Origin: a virus
Strand: one strand, 5' to 3'
Virus record (IMG/VR): IMGVR_UViG_3300009149_000011
Location: 64,001-128,000 of that record
DNA: 64,000 bases
The translations under genes were made by a program, and so were the position numbers. The notes beneath the pieces were generated by a model. That model saw only the letters and a program-made list of their open reading frames with translations, was not told the origin of the DNA and made no database searches. Below, piece after piece: positions 17,254 to 27,269 of the stretch (positions are counted from its first letter, which is position 1; each line of letters starts with the position of its first letter).

Positions 17254-17526
17254 TTATGCTTTTCCTGTTAATATTTGTTTAAGCTCCCACTCTTCTTCAG
17301 TGAAATCTATAATACGAGTTTCGTTTTTGTCAAAATAATTTTTTATAGACGCAGCCTTGTCATATTCTTCTATATCAGAAAAATATTCCAATGCATTATC
17401 GATCATAAAACTAGGAGTTTTAAATTTCTCTAGCTCGACACTTTTCTTACTTGCATAAACAAATAAAGCGTAAAACTTAACAATTTCTTTCTCACTAAAC
17501 CTTCTAGTAACGTCTTTCATTTTCAA
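17254..17526 (-). CDS. hypothetical protein
   Basis: ORF track; ALEYF..IEEYDKAA UVR-like helix; TATATTTG upstream. Confidence 0.6.
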   Translation of the reverse strand: MKMKDVTRRFSEKEIVKFYALFVYASKKSVELEKFKTPSFMIDNALEYFSDIEEYDKAASIKNYFDKNETRIIDFTEEEWELKQILTGKA

Positions 17527-17593
17527 TCTTTATTCCCATATCAAATATAAACATTCTTAAGTACAAAAAAAAGTATTTGAAATACTTTATAGT

Positions 17594-18523
17594 TTATTCG
17601 AAAATGGTAAAATACTCTAAATTATCAATATTTATATCTAAATCTAACTCCCATAAAGTCTCATTCTCTCTCATGGGTATAGTCTTTTTAATTGAACAAT
17701 TTCTCCAGTCTTTACCTTTGGTGCTACATAATATTTTATTGTGAGGTATATCGATGTAAGAAAACACTTTTATATTTCCATTGAAAGAGCCTTCTAATCT
17801 AACCAGCTCTTCATTAGAATGAGCTAATTCAAAACTTATCTCTTTAAACTGTTGAGCGTGATATTTATTTCTAAACTCATTAAAAAACCCTCTATTTACA
17901 TGCAATTCATATACTCCCCCTTCTTTTGACTTAATTATCATAAACTTTATGAACATGTACCATTCCTGATCCTCTAATATGCTCGGCATGTTCTCAGCCT
18001 TGATCTCGCTTCTAAAGCTATACAAAAAATCTATTGAAAGTACCTGATTCTTTATAATATCTTTTATATCCATGAACTCTACCCATTCTTCTATAAACTT
18101 TTCTTCTAGAATATAGTTCCTACATAAACTATCCCATCCGTGCCTGTTTATGTGATCCACGATTTCAGCTTTACTTAATGATGAAGTCTTATGCTCCAGA
18201 TAATCCTCCACCCTGACTGTTCTTTCGCCCATTACAGACACAGCTCTTTGAGTTGTATTATTGACAAAGCTAGTTATTATGTATCTGCATTTAGCCTCCT
18301 GCTCTTGTTCCAAAGATTCTACAGAACCAGAATATAAATATGGAGCCAATTGAAGTGTTTCTTTCAACCCTCCTTCAACTTCTCCCACACCTGGCAAACT
18401 TGTGAGAATTAAATCAATATCTAACTGGTTTAACTTAGATTTGCCTAGATTAATTCCAGGGTATGGATTATAAAACATATCCAATTCTTCAAGGGACGGA
18501 ATCCTATTTCCAAAATTTTTCAT
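17594..18523 (-). CDS. hypothetical protein
   Basis: ORF track. Confidence 0.65.
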   Translation of the reverse strand: MKNFGNRIPSLEELDMFYNPYPGINLGKSKLNQLDIDLILTSLPGVGEVEGGLKETLQLAPYLYSGSVESLEQEQEAKCRYIITSFVNNTTQRAVSVMGERTVRVEDYLEHKTSSLSKAEIVDHINRHGWDSLCRNYILEEKFIEEWVEFMDIKDIIKNQVLSIDFLYSFRSEIKAENMPSILEDQEWYMFIKFMIIKSKEGGVYELHVNRGFFNEFRNKYHAQQFKEISFELAHSNEELVRLEGSFNGNIKVFSYIDIPHNKILCSTKGKDWRNCSIKKTIPMRENETLWELDLDINIDNLEYFTIFE

Positions 18524-18563
18524 TTACACTACTATTTATAGCAAATAATTAAAAACTAAAGCT

Positions 18564-18959
18564 ATGTTTAAAACGTTAAAAAATCTCATCCCATCCTCTG
18601 TTAAAGATGCCGCAATGAGAACCTCATCCACAAGGATTCAGTCTTATTTAATAGTGCCTCTTATTTACATATTTGCACTATTTACAGTAATATCAGAAGG
18701 TGTTTTGTTATTCCATGCTATGAATCTGGATCAAGACCATGCTCTATCAGCTCAGTTTATAACTGTGTTCATTTCAATACTTACTCATCACTTAGCATTA
18801 CTTGGTATTAACAAGAACTCTAAATCTGAACCAAAGTATTCCGAACTTAACGGATTTTCTCAAGAAGCAAAGATGGAAGGTGGGGAGAAAACCCTCCTTC
18901 AGGAATCTAATAAAAAAGTGAACAAAGATCAAGGCTATTCAGAAGAGGATATGATTTAA
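18564..18959 (+). CDS. membrane protein
   Basis: two TM segments; CTATTTATA upstream. Confidence 0.6.
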   Translation: MFKTLKNLIPSSVKDAAMRTSSTRIQSYLIVPLIYIFALFTVISEGVLLFHAMNLDQDHALSAQFITVFISILTHHLALLGINKNSKSEPKYSELNGFSQEAKMEGGEKTLLQESNKKVNKDQGYSEEDMI

Positions 18960-18970
18960 TCATACCCTCT

Positions 18971-19717
18971 CTATAGCTTATCCTTGCTTAATTCATAGAA
19001 TTCATCAATATTTAAGAGTTTAAACTCAGTCTCTTTATACGGTGTGCTATGAGTGCTGTGGAAGTGTCCGTAAATATATTTTTTAGGGGCACACTCCATT
19101 TCCTCATCAATAGTCTTATAGAAATTGGTAACATTAGCTCTTTCATGATCTAGGTCTCTAATTAGATCCAAATCATTTTTAGCATAACTGTAAACAATGC
19201 TGCCCATAGTCTGAGGCCATGCAAACTCTGGAGATGTATGAGCTACTATAATATCTAAATTTTTCAAATCAAGAGACATTAACTTATCCTTATCAAAGTT
19301 AAAACCCTCCCCTTCCCAATAACTAGGAACGCTCCCAGGTTTGTGACCTTGAATTCTAGGTTTTCTATTAATAGACAAAGCCCCTCCTACAAATAACATC
19401 TTCATTCCATCTATTTCCTTAACAGTATAGTCTGGAATGAATTTAACATTTGAAAATTTTAAAGGAGTGTTACCTAAAGGGTCTTCTTTAAAGAAGTCTG
19501 GGTCATCATGATTACCTCGAATAGCATATAAATTGATAAATCTATCTGCAAGAAATTGATTTAACCCACCAATCATATCTCTATCCTTTTCGAAAGATTG
19601 AAATCCTATACCAAAGTCGCCAACTTGTATAATGTTAACCCCTGTAATATCTTTACTTTCTATTCTTTTTATAAGACGATGGAAAGCTCCATGAATATCT
19701 CCTAAAAACAGTGTCAT
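18971..19717 (-). CDS. metallophosphoesterase
   Basis: GDIHG, VGDFG, RGNHDD, GGA, HTSP, YGHFH. Confidence 0.88.
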   Translation of the reverse strand: MTLFLGDIHGAFHRLIKRIESKDITGVNIIQVGDFGIGFQSFEKDRDMIGGLNQFLADRFINLYAIRGNHDDPDFFKEDPLGNTPLKFSNVKFIPDYTVKEIDGMKMLFVGGALSINRKPRIQGHKPGSVPSYWEGEGFNFDKDKLMSLDLKNLDIIVAHTSPEFAWPQTMGSIVYSYAKNDLDLIRDLDHERANVTNFYKTIDEEMECAPKKYIYGHFHSTHSTPYKETEFKLLNIDEFYELSKDKL

Positions 19718-19738
19718 ATCGTTTAATTTAATTGTAAT

Positions 19739-20080
19739 CTAAAATAGCTTATCTATATCTAATGTTGAGTTTTCTTTAAGGATTTTAATGTTATCGTCTA
19801 TTTTTTTACATTCCCCCATAAAAGATTCAATCTCCAATGGTCCCAAACAAAACCATTCACCAACTAACCCTTCCCCATCCTGATCTTCTTTAGAAGAAGC
19901 GAAATGCCTATGCATAACCCCTTCAATCTTAGTGGCATACATGGAAGGGTATGCATATATAATCTCTACCTTATAAGGGCATCCAACTTGAATCCCTATT
20001 AATCTGGCATTCAAATCTTTAGTATGTCCTATTTTGAATAGGCTTTTGTTTTTATTGCCTATAAGATAAGTATAAGTCAT
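19739..20080 (-). CDS. GIY-YIG (T5orf172-like) domain protein
   Basis: YTYLIG..FKIGHT..R...IQVGCP..E..MH..F...GEWF. Confidence 0.8.
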   Translation of the reverse strand: MTYTYLIGNKNKSLFKIGHTKDLNARLIGIQVGCPYKVEIIYAYPSMYATKIEGVMHRHFASSKEDQDGEGLVGEWFCLGPLEIESFMGECKKIDDNIKILKENSTLDIDKLF

Positions 20081-20160
20081 ATTTTAATGTATTAATTGAA
20101 TTTGACAAACTCAATTATTATTACATTAAAATTGTATATATTTATATTAAATCACTACCC

Positions 20161-20394
20161 ATGGATAAATCGGAAAATTTTGATATTGAAGATAGTCTGG
20201 ATCCGCAAAGAAATGTTACTGACTTTGTGGAGTTAGTAGTTTGTATAATGGAATACTATGGGACTGAGGCCAGAAAAACTGAGTCTGAAGAAGTTTGGAA
20301 GAGAGGTTCTCAATATGAAACTAAAAACATCCCTGATAATATCAACGACCTTGTGGAAGGAGCTTTTATTACTCAACTTAAAAAGTTTAACTAA
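20161..20394 (+). CDS. hypothetical protein
   Basis: ORF track; stop overlaps the next ATG. Confidence 0.55.
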   Translation: MDKSENFDIEDSLDPQRNVTDFVELVVCIMEYYGTEARKTESEEVWKRGSQYETKNIPDNINDLVEGAFITQLKKFN

Positions 20395-21227
20395 TGTTAC
20401 TAGGCACCTATTTATTGTACGTACTAGGGGCCATACTCCCTGCATTTTTATTTCTAATGCTATTCTTTTCAATAGCAAGACCTGTAGAATTTAATTACAA
20501 ATTTTTAGGAAGAGCATTTTTAATTTCAACTTTCTCCACTCAACTAGTATTATTAATGCACATTATATTTCCTCACTATAACGATGTAATGTTTAGCGAG
20601 AAAGTTGTGCATGTATTCTTCTTATCTTTTGTGCAAGTGGCCATGACTGAAGAGGTAGCTAAATATATAACCTTTAGATTTACTATACCTAGCAAAAAAC
20701 ACTCAATACAACCTATAACCATCATGTTGATATCTATGATATCGGCTGCGGCGTTTGCCACAATGGAGAACCTACTTTATCTTCAAAGCGCTATTAACGC
20801 CCTAGAGTCCAGTAAAAATTCATTTATGATGGTTAGTGTTAATATAGAAAAAGGCATATGGGAAATGCTTGCTGGAAGAGCTGCATTTGCTGTGCTAACT
20901 CATCTTTTTTGCGGAGCGGCTATTGGATACTTCACTTCTATAGGGATGACTCAAAACCCTAATCTGACAAACTGGTTTGATAAATTTGTTAATAAAAACA
21001 GGAATAGGAGAGTGCTTTTATATTCTTTATATGGAATATTTATAGCCGTAATGATACATGGAGCTTATGATTTTAACATTTTCATAGCAAAAGAAGGTTT
21101 ATCTTCAGTAGCTAAAATGAAGCAATACATGTATATTATGAGCGGTATAGGGTTGTTTATGATTAGGAATATGATATTAACTCTAAGAGATATGACTAAT
21201 CAATCTAAAGGCGAGATTCCTCGATAG
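20394..21227 (+). CDS. prsW: PrsW-family intramembrane metalloprotease
   Basis: TEEVAK, FATMEN, THL, IHGAYD in a multi-TM protein. Confidence 0.82.
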   Translation: MLLGTYLLYVLGAILPAFLFLMLFFSIARPVEFNYKFLGRAFLISTFSTQLVLLMHIIFPHYNDVMFSEKVVHVFFLSFVQVAMTEEVAKYITFRFTIPSKKHSIQPITIMLISMISAAAFATMENLLYLQSAINALESSKNSFMMVSVNIEKGIWEMLAGRAAFAVLTHLFCGAAIGYFTSIGMTQNPNLTNWFDKFVNKNRNRRVLLYSLYGIFIAVMIHGAYDFNIFIAKEGLSSVAKMKQYMYIMSGIGLFMIRNMILTLRDMTNQSKGEIPR

Positions 21228-21813
21228 AATATATTAAATCCGTAAGAAAAGCTTCCATTAAATCTAATAAAGTAAATTCCATTTTATATTCACCTTGAAT
21301 TCTTGGGTTTAAATCTTTTTCGCTATCTAAATCAAGCCCTTCCATTAGTTTTTCAATATCCGCGCTTATATCATCTTGTTGTATGACAAGCTGATTTTCT
21401 AGAGACACTGGTATCTGAGATAAAAAGTCTGGCCTATTATTCTTATGTATATGTTCTTCCGAATATTTTACGAAGTCTACACAGGGCTCTATAAAAATAT
21501 AACCCCTGTCTACAGTAAGCTTCTTAAAAACTTTTACTTCTAAATATTTTTTACCTACCTGCTGACTGCTTATCATTGCTTGATATCTATCATAATAGTC
21601 ATTAAAATATTCGTAAATAAAATCTCTTGATAATGCAAAAAATTGCATTATATCTTCTACAGTAAGCCCTTCTTCCAACATAACACTCTGGCTTAAGCAA
21701 GATGTTACAAATTTGTTAGGGTCTACCTTATTGAAATCTACCAAGACTGGCTCCATTTCAGGATTAACATCGTCCAGGGTATATACTTGTTTATTTTTAC
21801 AGATTTTAATCAC
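21205..21813 (-). CDS. hypothetical protein
   Basis: ORF track. Confidence 0.6.
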   Translation of the reverse strand: MIKICKNKQVYTLDDVNPEMEPVLVDFNKVDPNKFVTSCLSQSVMLEEGLTVEDIMQFFALSRDFIYEYFNDYYDRYQAMISSQQVGKKYLEVKVFKKLTVDRGYIFIEPCVDFVKYSEEHIHKNNRPDFLSQIPVSLENQLVIQQDDISADIEKLMEGLDLDSEKDLNPRIQGEYKMEFTLLDLMEAFLTDLIYSIEESRL

Positions 21814-21869
21814 GATTATCTCTTTTTATACTACAATGTAAACATAATTTAAAAAAAATTAAACTGGAT

Positions 21870-22142
21870 CTACCTTTTTGAGACCCAGTTTACAAATTTA
21901 ATAACCTTTGGATGAGATAATAACAACTCTATTGTATGATAGAGCCTAGCCATATCCTTTTCAGACACAAGCCTGTGAATGTTTTTGTGGCAATCAACAC
22001 AAAGATCAACGGTGAAATTCCGTTGATCTTTGATGAATAGCTTCTTGCACTAATTTCTTCGATGCTGACTTTTTGGCGCAAGATGGTGTCGAGTTGTTTC
22101 CAACTCTTCACGATCACAAAGTTTACATTTATTTTTTAGCAA
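21870..22142 (-). CDS. small HNH nuclease (YisB-like) with in-frame TAG at codon 31
   Basis: (TTG)LKNKCKLCDREELETTRHHLAPKSQHRRN*CKKLF..TVDLCVDCHKNIH..EKDMARLYHTIELLLSHPKVIKFVNWVSKR; TAG at 22052-22050. Confidence 0.75.
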
Positions 22143-24282
22143 CCTTAACAATTACATCTCCCGATTTATTAAGGTCAATAGTAATCTTGTCGCCATCCTT
22201 AACTTCTTTCTTCATGATAGACATAGAAAGAGTATTCTCAACATATTTGGAGATCATTCTCTTTAAAGGTCTAGCTCCATATCGATGGTCATACCCTTTT
22301 TCAGCAAGAAGGCTAACTACAGCATCAGTTACCTTAATTGTAATTTCTCTATCAAGCAACATCCTCTTTTTAAGAATATCAAGTTGAATATTCACAATCT
22401 CCTTGATACCTGCTTCTGAAAGAGTTTTGAATACAACTACCTCATCTATTCTATTGATAAATTCTGGTGTTGTCATCTTATGCTTTTCAAGCTCTCCCAT
22501 TACAGCAGACTCCATTTCGTCTTGAGTTAATTTTTCAGAACTAGAGAAACCAATACTATCGCTTTGAACAATTTTATTTGTCCCAATGTTAGAAGTCATT
22601 ATAATGATAGTATTTTTAAAATCTACATCTCTACCCTTTGAATCCGTCAACCTACCTTCATCAAGTATTTGTAACAGATAGTTTTTAAGGTCTTCATGAG
22701 CTTTTTCAATCTCATCAAACAATATGATTGAATAAGGTTTTTGCTTAACTTTCTCCGTAAGCTGACCACCTTCTTCATGGCCAACAAATCCTGGAGGAGA
22801 TCCAATCAACTTAGCAGCTTCATGCTTCATTGAATATTCACTCATATCCATTCTAATTATATTCTCTTGATTTCCAAAAAGGAATTCAGACAATTGTTTA
22901 GACATCTCAGTTTTACCAACACCAGTTGGCCCTAAGAATAAGAAAGATCCGATTGGTTTTTTAGGGTCTCTAACGCCAGTCTTTGCTCTTTGTATAGCAG
23001 TAACTATCTTGTCAACAGCCTCATCTTGACCTACGATCTTCTCTTTCAATTCATCTGGCATAGTAAGAAGGCGATCGTTTTCTTCATCAGTAAGATTGTT
23101 AATTGGAATACCTGTATTATTAGAAATAATTGTAGCTACGTTCTCAAGAGTTACTTCAGTTTTCTCTATGTTCTTCTTATCTTCTTCATAAGAGTTCTTT
23201 AGAGCTTCTAATTCTTCCTCTAAACGCTTTTCTTTATCCTTGATCTTAGCGGCTTCTTCAAACTCTTGACCATCAACAGCTATCTTCTTACTCTTACCAA
23301 CTTCAATAAGCTCTTTTTCTTTGTCCTTGATATTCTCTGGAACAGGAGGTGCATTGTTTATTTTAATACTAGCTCCAACTTCATCCATTAAATCTATCGC
23401 TTTATCTGGATTATTTTTAGATGGAACATATCTCTCAGACCAGTCAACTATTTTGACTAAAATGTCATCAGGATAACTTACCCCATGATGATCTTCGTAC
23501 TTATCTTTGATGTTTGTAAGTATTTCTAAAACCTCTTCTCTCTTTGGGTGAGGAACCTTAACTGGCTGAAACCTTCTTTCCAAAGCTTTGTCACTTTCGA
23601 TGTGTTTTTGATATTCTTCATAAGTAGTTGCTCCAATCACTTTCATTTCACCCCTAGCTAAAGCTGGCTTTAAAATGTTTGATGCATCCATTGCTCCTGA
23701 AGAACTTCCTGCTCCCATTATGTTGTGAAGCTCATCAATGAATATTATAATGTCTGGATTCTCAGAAGCTTCCTTCATAATAGCTTCCATTCTCTCTTCG
23801 AATTGACCTCTGTATTTTGTTCCCGCAACAATAGAAGTTAAGCTAAGCTCTATAATTTTTACATTTAAAAGGCTAGAGTCAATATCTTTACTAGCTATTT
23901 TCTGAGCAAGACCTTCAACTACTGCAGTTTTTCCAATACCAGCATCACCAATAAGGACTGCGTTATTTTTCTTTCTTTTGCTAAGAATTCTAACCAACTG
24001 GTCAATCTCTTTCTGCCTACCTACAACTGGGTCTAAACCCCCATCAATAGCTTTTTGAGTCAAATCTCTACCAAAGTGATCTAAAACTGGAGTCTTAGAT
24101 TTATCGGATTTAGACTTACCTTTAGCTTTGTCCATTTGATAGTCTTTCTCTTCATCATCTTGAGGAGAATACCCATCCCCGCCAGCGTTGCGAGGATTTT
24201 CACCTCTAGGACCCGCTCCTGGGATTTTATTTTCATCGTCTTCGTCCTCGTATCTTCCGAACCCTTTTTTGTCTTTACTCAT
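22129..24282 (-). CDS. clpC: ClpC-like AAA+ ATPase lacking the N-terminal Clp domains
   Basis: two Walker A motifs (GDAGIGKT, GPTGVGKT), GTKYRGQFEER, UVR-like M domain, IGF loop. Confidence 0.9.
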   Translation of the reverse strand: MSKDKKGFGRYEDEDDENKIPGAGPRGENPRNAGGDGYSPQDDEEKDYQMDKAKGKSKSDKSKTPVLDHFGRDLTQKAIDGGLDPVVGRQKEIDQLVRILSKRKKNNAVLIGDAGIGKTAVVEGLAQKIASKDIDSSLLNVKIIELSLTSIVAGTKYRGQFEERMEAIMKEASENPDIIIFIDELHNIMGAGSSSGAMDASNILKPALARGEMKVIGATTYEEYQKHIESDKALERRFQPVKVPHPKREEVLEILTNIKDKYEDHHGVSYPDDILVKIVDWSERYVPSKNNPDKAIDLMDEVGASIKINNAPPVPENIKDKEKELIEVGKSKKIAVDGQEFEEAAKIKDKEKRLEEELEALKNSYEEDKKNIEKTEVTLENVATIISNNTGIPINNLTDEENDRLLTMPDELKEKIVGQDEAVDKIVTAIQRAKTGVRDPKKPIGSFLFLGPTGVGKTEMSKQLSEFLFGNQENIIRMDMSEYSMKHEAAKLIGSPPGFVGHEEGGQLTEKVKQKPYSIILFDEIEKAHEDLKNYLLQILDEGRLTDSKGRDVDFKNTIIIMTSNIGTNKIVQSDSIGFSSSEKLTQDEMESAVMGELEKHKMTTPEFINRIDEVVVFKTLSEAGIKEIVNIQLDILKKRMLLDREITIKVTDAVVSLLAEKGYDHRYGARPLKRMISKYVENTLSMSIMKKEVKDGDKITIDLNKSGDVIVKVAKK

Positions 24283-24288
24283 AATAAT

Positions 24289-24597
24289 TTAGGTTTTAGA
24301 AAGCTTATGCCTCCATTTATTCATTAACTCTTTTGTTGCTGTAAATTTAACTCTATTCCTTTTAATATAAAAAGAATCGGAGTGAGAAAAAAGGTTAAAG
24401 ACATTATTTTCTAAAGATCCGATGTATCCATCTTCTCCGTAAATACTAACTTTAACATCATAAGGTGTTTCAGTGAAGATAAACTTTACCCTATCTGTAT
24501 CTCCCCAGTAGTGAAATAACACGTATTCATCTGGAGATTTCTGAACCTTAACATCTCTACCTTGGTAGTCTTTAAACACCTTTGGGTACATAGACAT
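24289..24597 (-). CDS. hypothetical protein
   Basis: ORF track; TATATTTG upstream. Confidence 0.6.
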   Translation of the reverse strand: MSMYPKVFKDYQGRDVKVQKSPDEYVLFHYWGDTDRVKFIFTETPYDVKVSIYGEDGYIGSLENNVFNLFSHSDSFYIKRNRVKFTATKELMNKWRHKLSKT

Positions 24598-24666
24598 CTT
24601 ATTTCCTTTTTTACTAACAATAGCAAATATAGGGAAGGGTAATCAAATAAAAAAGAAAATATAGAT

Positions 24667-24867
24667 CTAATTTTTGACTTTATTTTTTTTCAAGTCAAAC
24701 TCTACGAACATAGACTTGTCTTCGTCGGTGATACTGAAGAGGTTATATGTAGCATCTGGATAATAAAATCTTACTTCATCCCAAAGGTGGTCAAAGCCAA
24801 CTTCCTTCAATTTAGACTTTTTAATTTCTAACACTACTTTTTTTGGAGTTTTTGTAATCAATTTCAT
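24667..24867 (-). CDS. hypothetical protein
   Basis: ORF track. Confidence 0.55.
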   Translation of the reverse strand: MKLITKTPKKVVLEIKKSKLKEVGFDHLWDEVRFYYPDATYNLFSITDEDKSMFVEFDLKKNKVKN

Positions 24868-24869
24868 AG

Positions 24870-25301
24870 CTACTTCTTTTTTGTTTCAGGACCATAATTA
24901 GTTGCATCCTGTTGTATTTTCCCCGCATCAAATTTTTCACCTTCTTGATCACTGCTAAACAGTTTGCTATAAAACTGTGAATCGTCTTTCAGGTTGCTAA
25001 TAACAATATCGGCTACATCAAAGTGATTCAACTTAGGGTTCTTTGCTTTCTCAAGCTTAAGCCCCTTCTTCAGTTCATCAAAAGGAAACTTATCTTTGTC
25101 AAGATCTTGATTAGTAGATGAAGATTGAAATTGGAGATATTCGTTTGCTTTATCGATTTCTTCAGGTCTTTTGAAATAGTCCTGATCGAGCATTGGAAAC
25201 TCGGCGCCGCTCTCTGGATAATTAACAAACATTGTTCCGTTAGCAACTTCGTTTATTATTATCTCCTCTCGTATGATTTGCTGTAATCTTTGCTTGTTCA
25301 T
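24870..25301 (-). CDS. hypothetical protein with N-terminal IIREEI motif
   Basis: ORF track; CTATTTATA upstream. Confidence 0.65.
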   Translation of the reverse strand: MNKQRLQQIIREEIIINEVANGTMFVNYPESGAEFPMLDQDYFKRPEEIDKANEYLQFQSSSTNQDLDKDKFPFDELKKGLKLEKAKNPKLNHFDVADIVISNLKDDSQFYSKLFSSDQEGEKFDAGKIQQDATNYGPETKKK

Positions 25302-25452
25302 ATCGCGCCTATCTTTAGATATAAATAGCAGAATAATTTAAGTTTCACCCCAGTTGAAAACTTATATTTATAAAAGTAAGTTTACTTTAAACAACACAAG
25401 AGCCAAATTATTGGCTCTTGCATTACTTATTGATAATATGTTACATTGATGA

Positions 25453-25938
25453 TTAAGCGTTCAATATCTTGTAAAACATTGTCCCGACTTTTGCGTACAA
25501 TACATCCCACGCGTCTCTCAATAAAGTTCCGCATAACCAAGTTATAGCTGATATAGGGAATAAAAACCACCATCTGAAAACGCTGCTTTTAAGATCATAC
25601 TCTTTCTTAAATTGTTCTAAAGATTGTGTAGGGTTTTTATGACTACCTATCCCAACATTATACTTTTTAGTCAACTCTTTACCTTTAAAGTATGTTCTTA
25701 ATATTGCAAACAGTAACCCTATAAATACATACATTCCAATCAGCTGCCAGGATATATAGGATTCAATAGGGAAATTGCCCCAAAAATAATTCAAACCAAT
25801 AAAGATACCTGCTGAAACCGTTGCTCCAGTTCCAACTTCAGCTATATCGAATGCGATAAAAGCTATAAATAAAGCTACTACTGCTACAATAAACAGTGAA
25901 GCGTATCCAAATAATGTAAATGCTGTTAATAATTCCAT
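25453..25938 (-). CDS. membrane protein
   Basis: about 4 TM segments. Confidence 0.65.
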   Translation of the reverse strand: MELLTAFTLFGYASLFIVAVVALFIAFIAFDIAEVGTGATVSAGIFIGLNYFWGNFPIESYISWQLIGMYVFIGLLFAILRTYFKGKELTKKYNVGIGSHKNPTQSLEQFKKEYDLKSSVFRWWFLFPISAITWLCGTLLRDAWDVLYAKVGTMFYKILNA

Positions 25939-25977
25939 GATTTTCTAAATGAGTTTTTAAGCCGCTCAAGCTATTTT

Positions 25978-26442
25978 TTAATAATGCAAATAGCATATTG
26001 TAAAATTGAATATGGTGTGCGTTATTGATGTTATTGTCAATGCGAATGGATGGTTTACAGACAAACCTTTTATATACATTAAAGATAACCCTATTCCGCC
26101 AAAACCTTGAATTAATACATGTTCCCACCCACCATGAAGATACCCGAATAAGCATGAGACTATGACCATTACAGGAATAGTGTACTTTTCAAAGTATTTA
26201 ACAAGTATATAGATTGGTATAAATCTAAACGCTACTTCTTCCAAAACAGCCATCAAAGGTATAATTAAAAACAAGAAAACATTAATTCCAACCTTTTCAA
26301 CTAAAGCATCTAAATCGCTACTATCAACACTTTCACTATTAAGCAATATGTATCCTATTGTAATTGACACCGCACATAACGTTACATATATAATAGAGAC
26401 CTTTAAATAAGACCACCCTTTTATCTTCTGTACATTTACCAT
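25978..26442 (-). CDS. CPBP/CAAX (Abi) intramembrane protease
   Basis: LEEVAFR, LFGYLH, H...N. Confidence 0.75.
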   Translation of the reverse strand: MVNVQKIKGWSYLKVSIIYVTLCAVSITIGYILLNSESVDSSDLDALVEKVGINVFLFLIIPLMAVLEEVAFRFIPIYILVKYFEKYTIPVMVIVSCLFGYLHGGWEHVLIQGFGGIGLSLMYIKGLSVNHPFALTITSITHTIFNFTICYLHY

Positions 26443-26443
26443 A

Positions 26444-26971
26444 TTATTTAAAACCTATTTTTAGACCCATCTCTTTCATCGCTAGGAGAGCTTCTGCGTT
26501 ACCTTTAGCGTCATCCAAAGCATTATGTGTATGCTTCGTTTTTCTTAGCTTACGCTTCCACTCATGGTTCTTAGACGCATCCTTTACTAAACCGCAATAT
26601 AAATCACCTAACCTTCTTGCAGAGAACCCCATAGGATTACTTTCCGTGAAGAAGTGAAAATAGTAATTGATCCATTGCCAGTCAAATGCTGGATTATCAG
26701 AAATCATAGTAGGTCTTCCTTTTGAGTTTTCATTAAGCCATTCGGAAAATTCTATCATTGCCTGTAAAGGGTCTCCGAAAGATTCATGCTCCTCTCTTGA
26801 ATAACCCGACACTGCTAGAGCGTCTGGTATCCATTTTTCGGATATTGGCTTAACTTCCCTGTAGAAAGTTTTAGTCAACCCTTCTTCAACTATAACGGCC
26901 CCAAAGGAAACCATTGAATAGACTCCAGGTATTGGACCGTCTGCTTCTACATCGATTGATATAAAGCTCAT
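26444..26971 (-). CDS. DEDDh 3'-5' exoribonuclease (RNase AS-like)
   Basis: SIDVEADGP, DNPAFDW, HNALDDA. Confidence 0.8.
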   Translation of the reverse strand: MSFISIDVEADGPIPGVYSMVSFGAVIVEEGLTKTFYREVKPISEKWIPDALAVSGYSREEHESFGDPLQAMIEFSEWLNENSKGRPTMISDNPAFDWQWINYYFHFFTESNPMGFSARRLGDLYCGLVKDASKNHEWKRKLRKTKHTHNALDDAKGNAEALLAMKEMGLKIGFK

Positions 26972-27267
26972 CTTTTTCTACCAGTTTCTTTCATGCTTTT
27001 CTCAATTATTGTCTTAGCTTTTATGTTTCTCCTAAATACAGGATCTGCATAAAATCTACGCAAATTAATAATCCCTATTATCAAAAACAGAGATAACAAT
27101 ATAACAGCCGTCCAAACCAATCTCATATATTCATTTGGAACATAGTGTTGCGGGTTGTTATAATAATATACCCTAAGAGCAATTAGTAGTGAGGCAAATA
27201 TGCCTAATAAAATATAAGTTTGTTTACTCTTTGCTATTTGAACTATAGCTTTCCTTGTTGCTTTCAT
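26968..27267 (-). CDS. membrane protein
   Basis: two TM segments. Confidence 0.55.
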   Translation of the reverse strand: MKATRKAIVQIAKSKQTYILLGIFASLLIALRVYYYNNPQHYVPNEYMRLVWTAVILLSLFLIIGIINLRRFYADPVFRRNIKAKTIIEKSMKETGRKR

Positions 27268-27269
27268 TT

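Noticed and set aside
21929-22117. ORF-track 62-aa CDS
   Set aside because: Wrong frame; the overlapping frame encodes a recognisable HNH protein.
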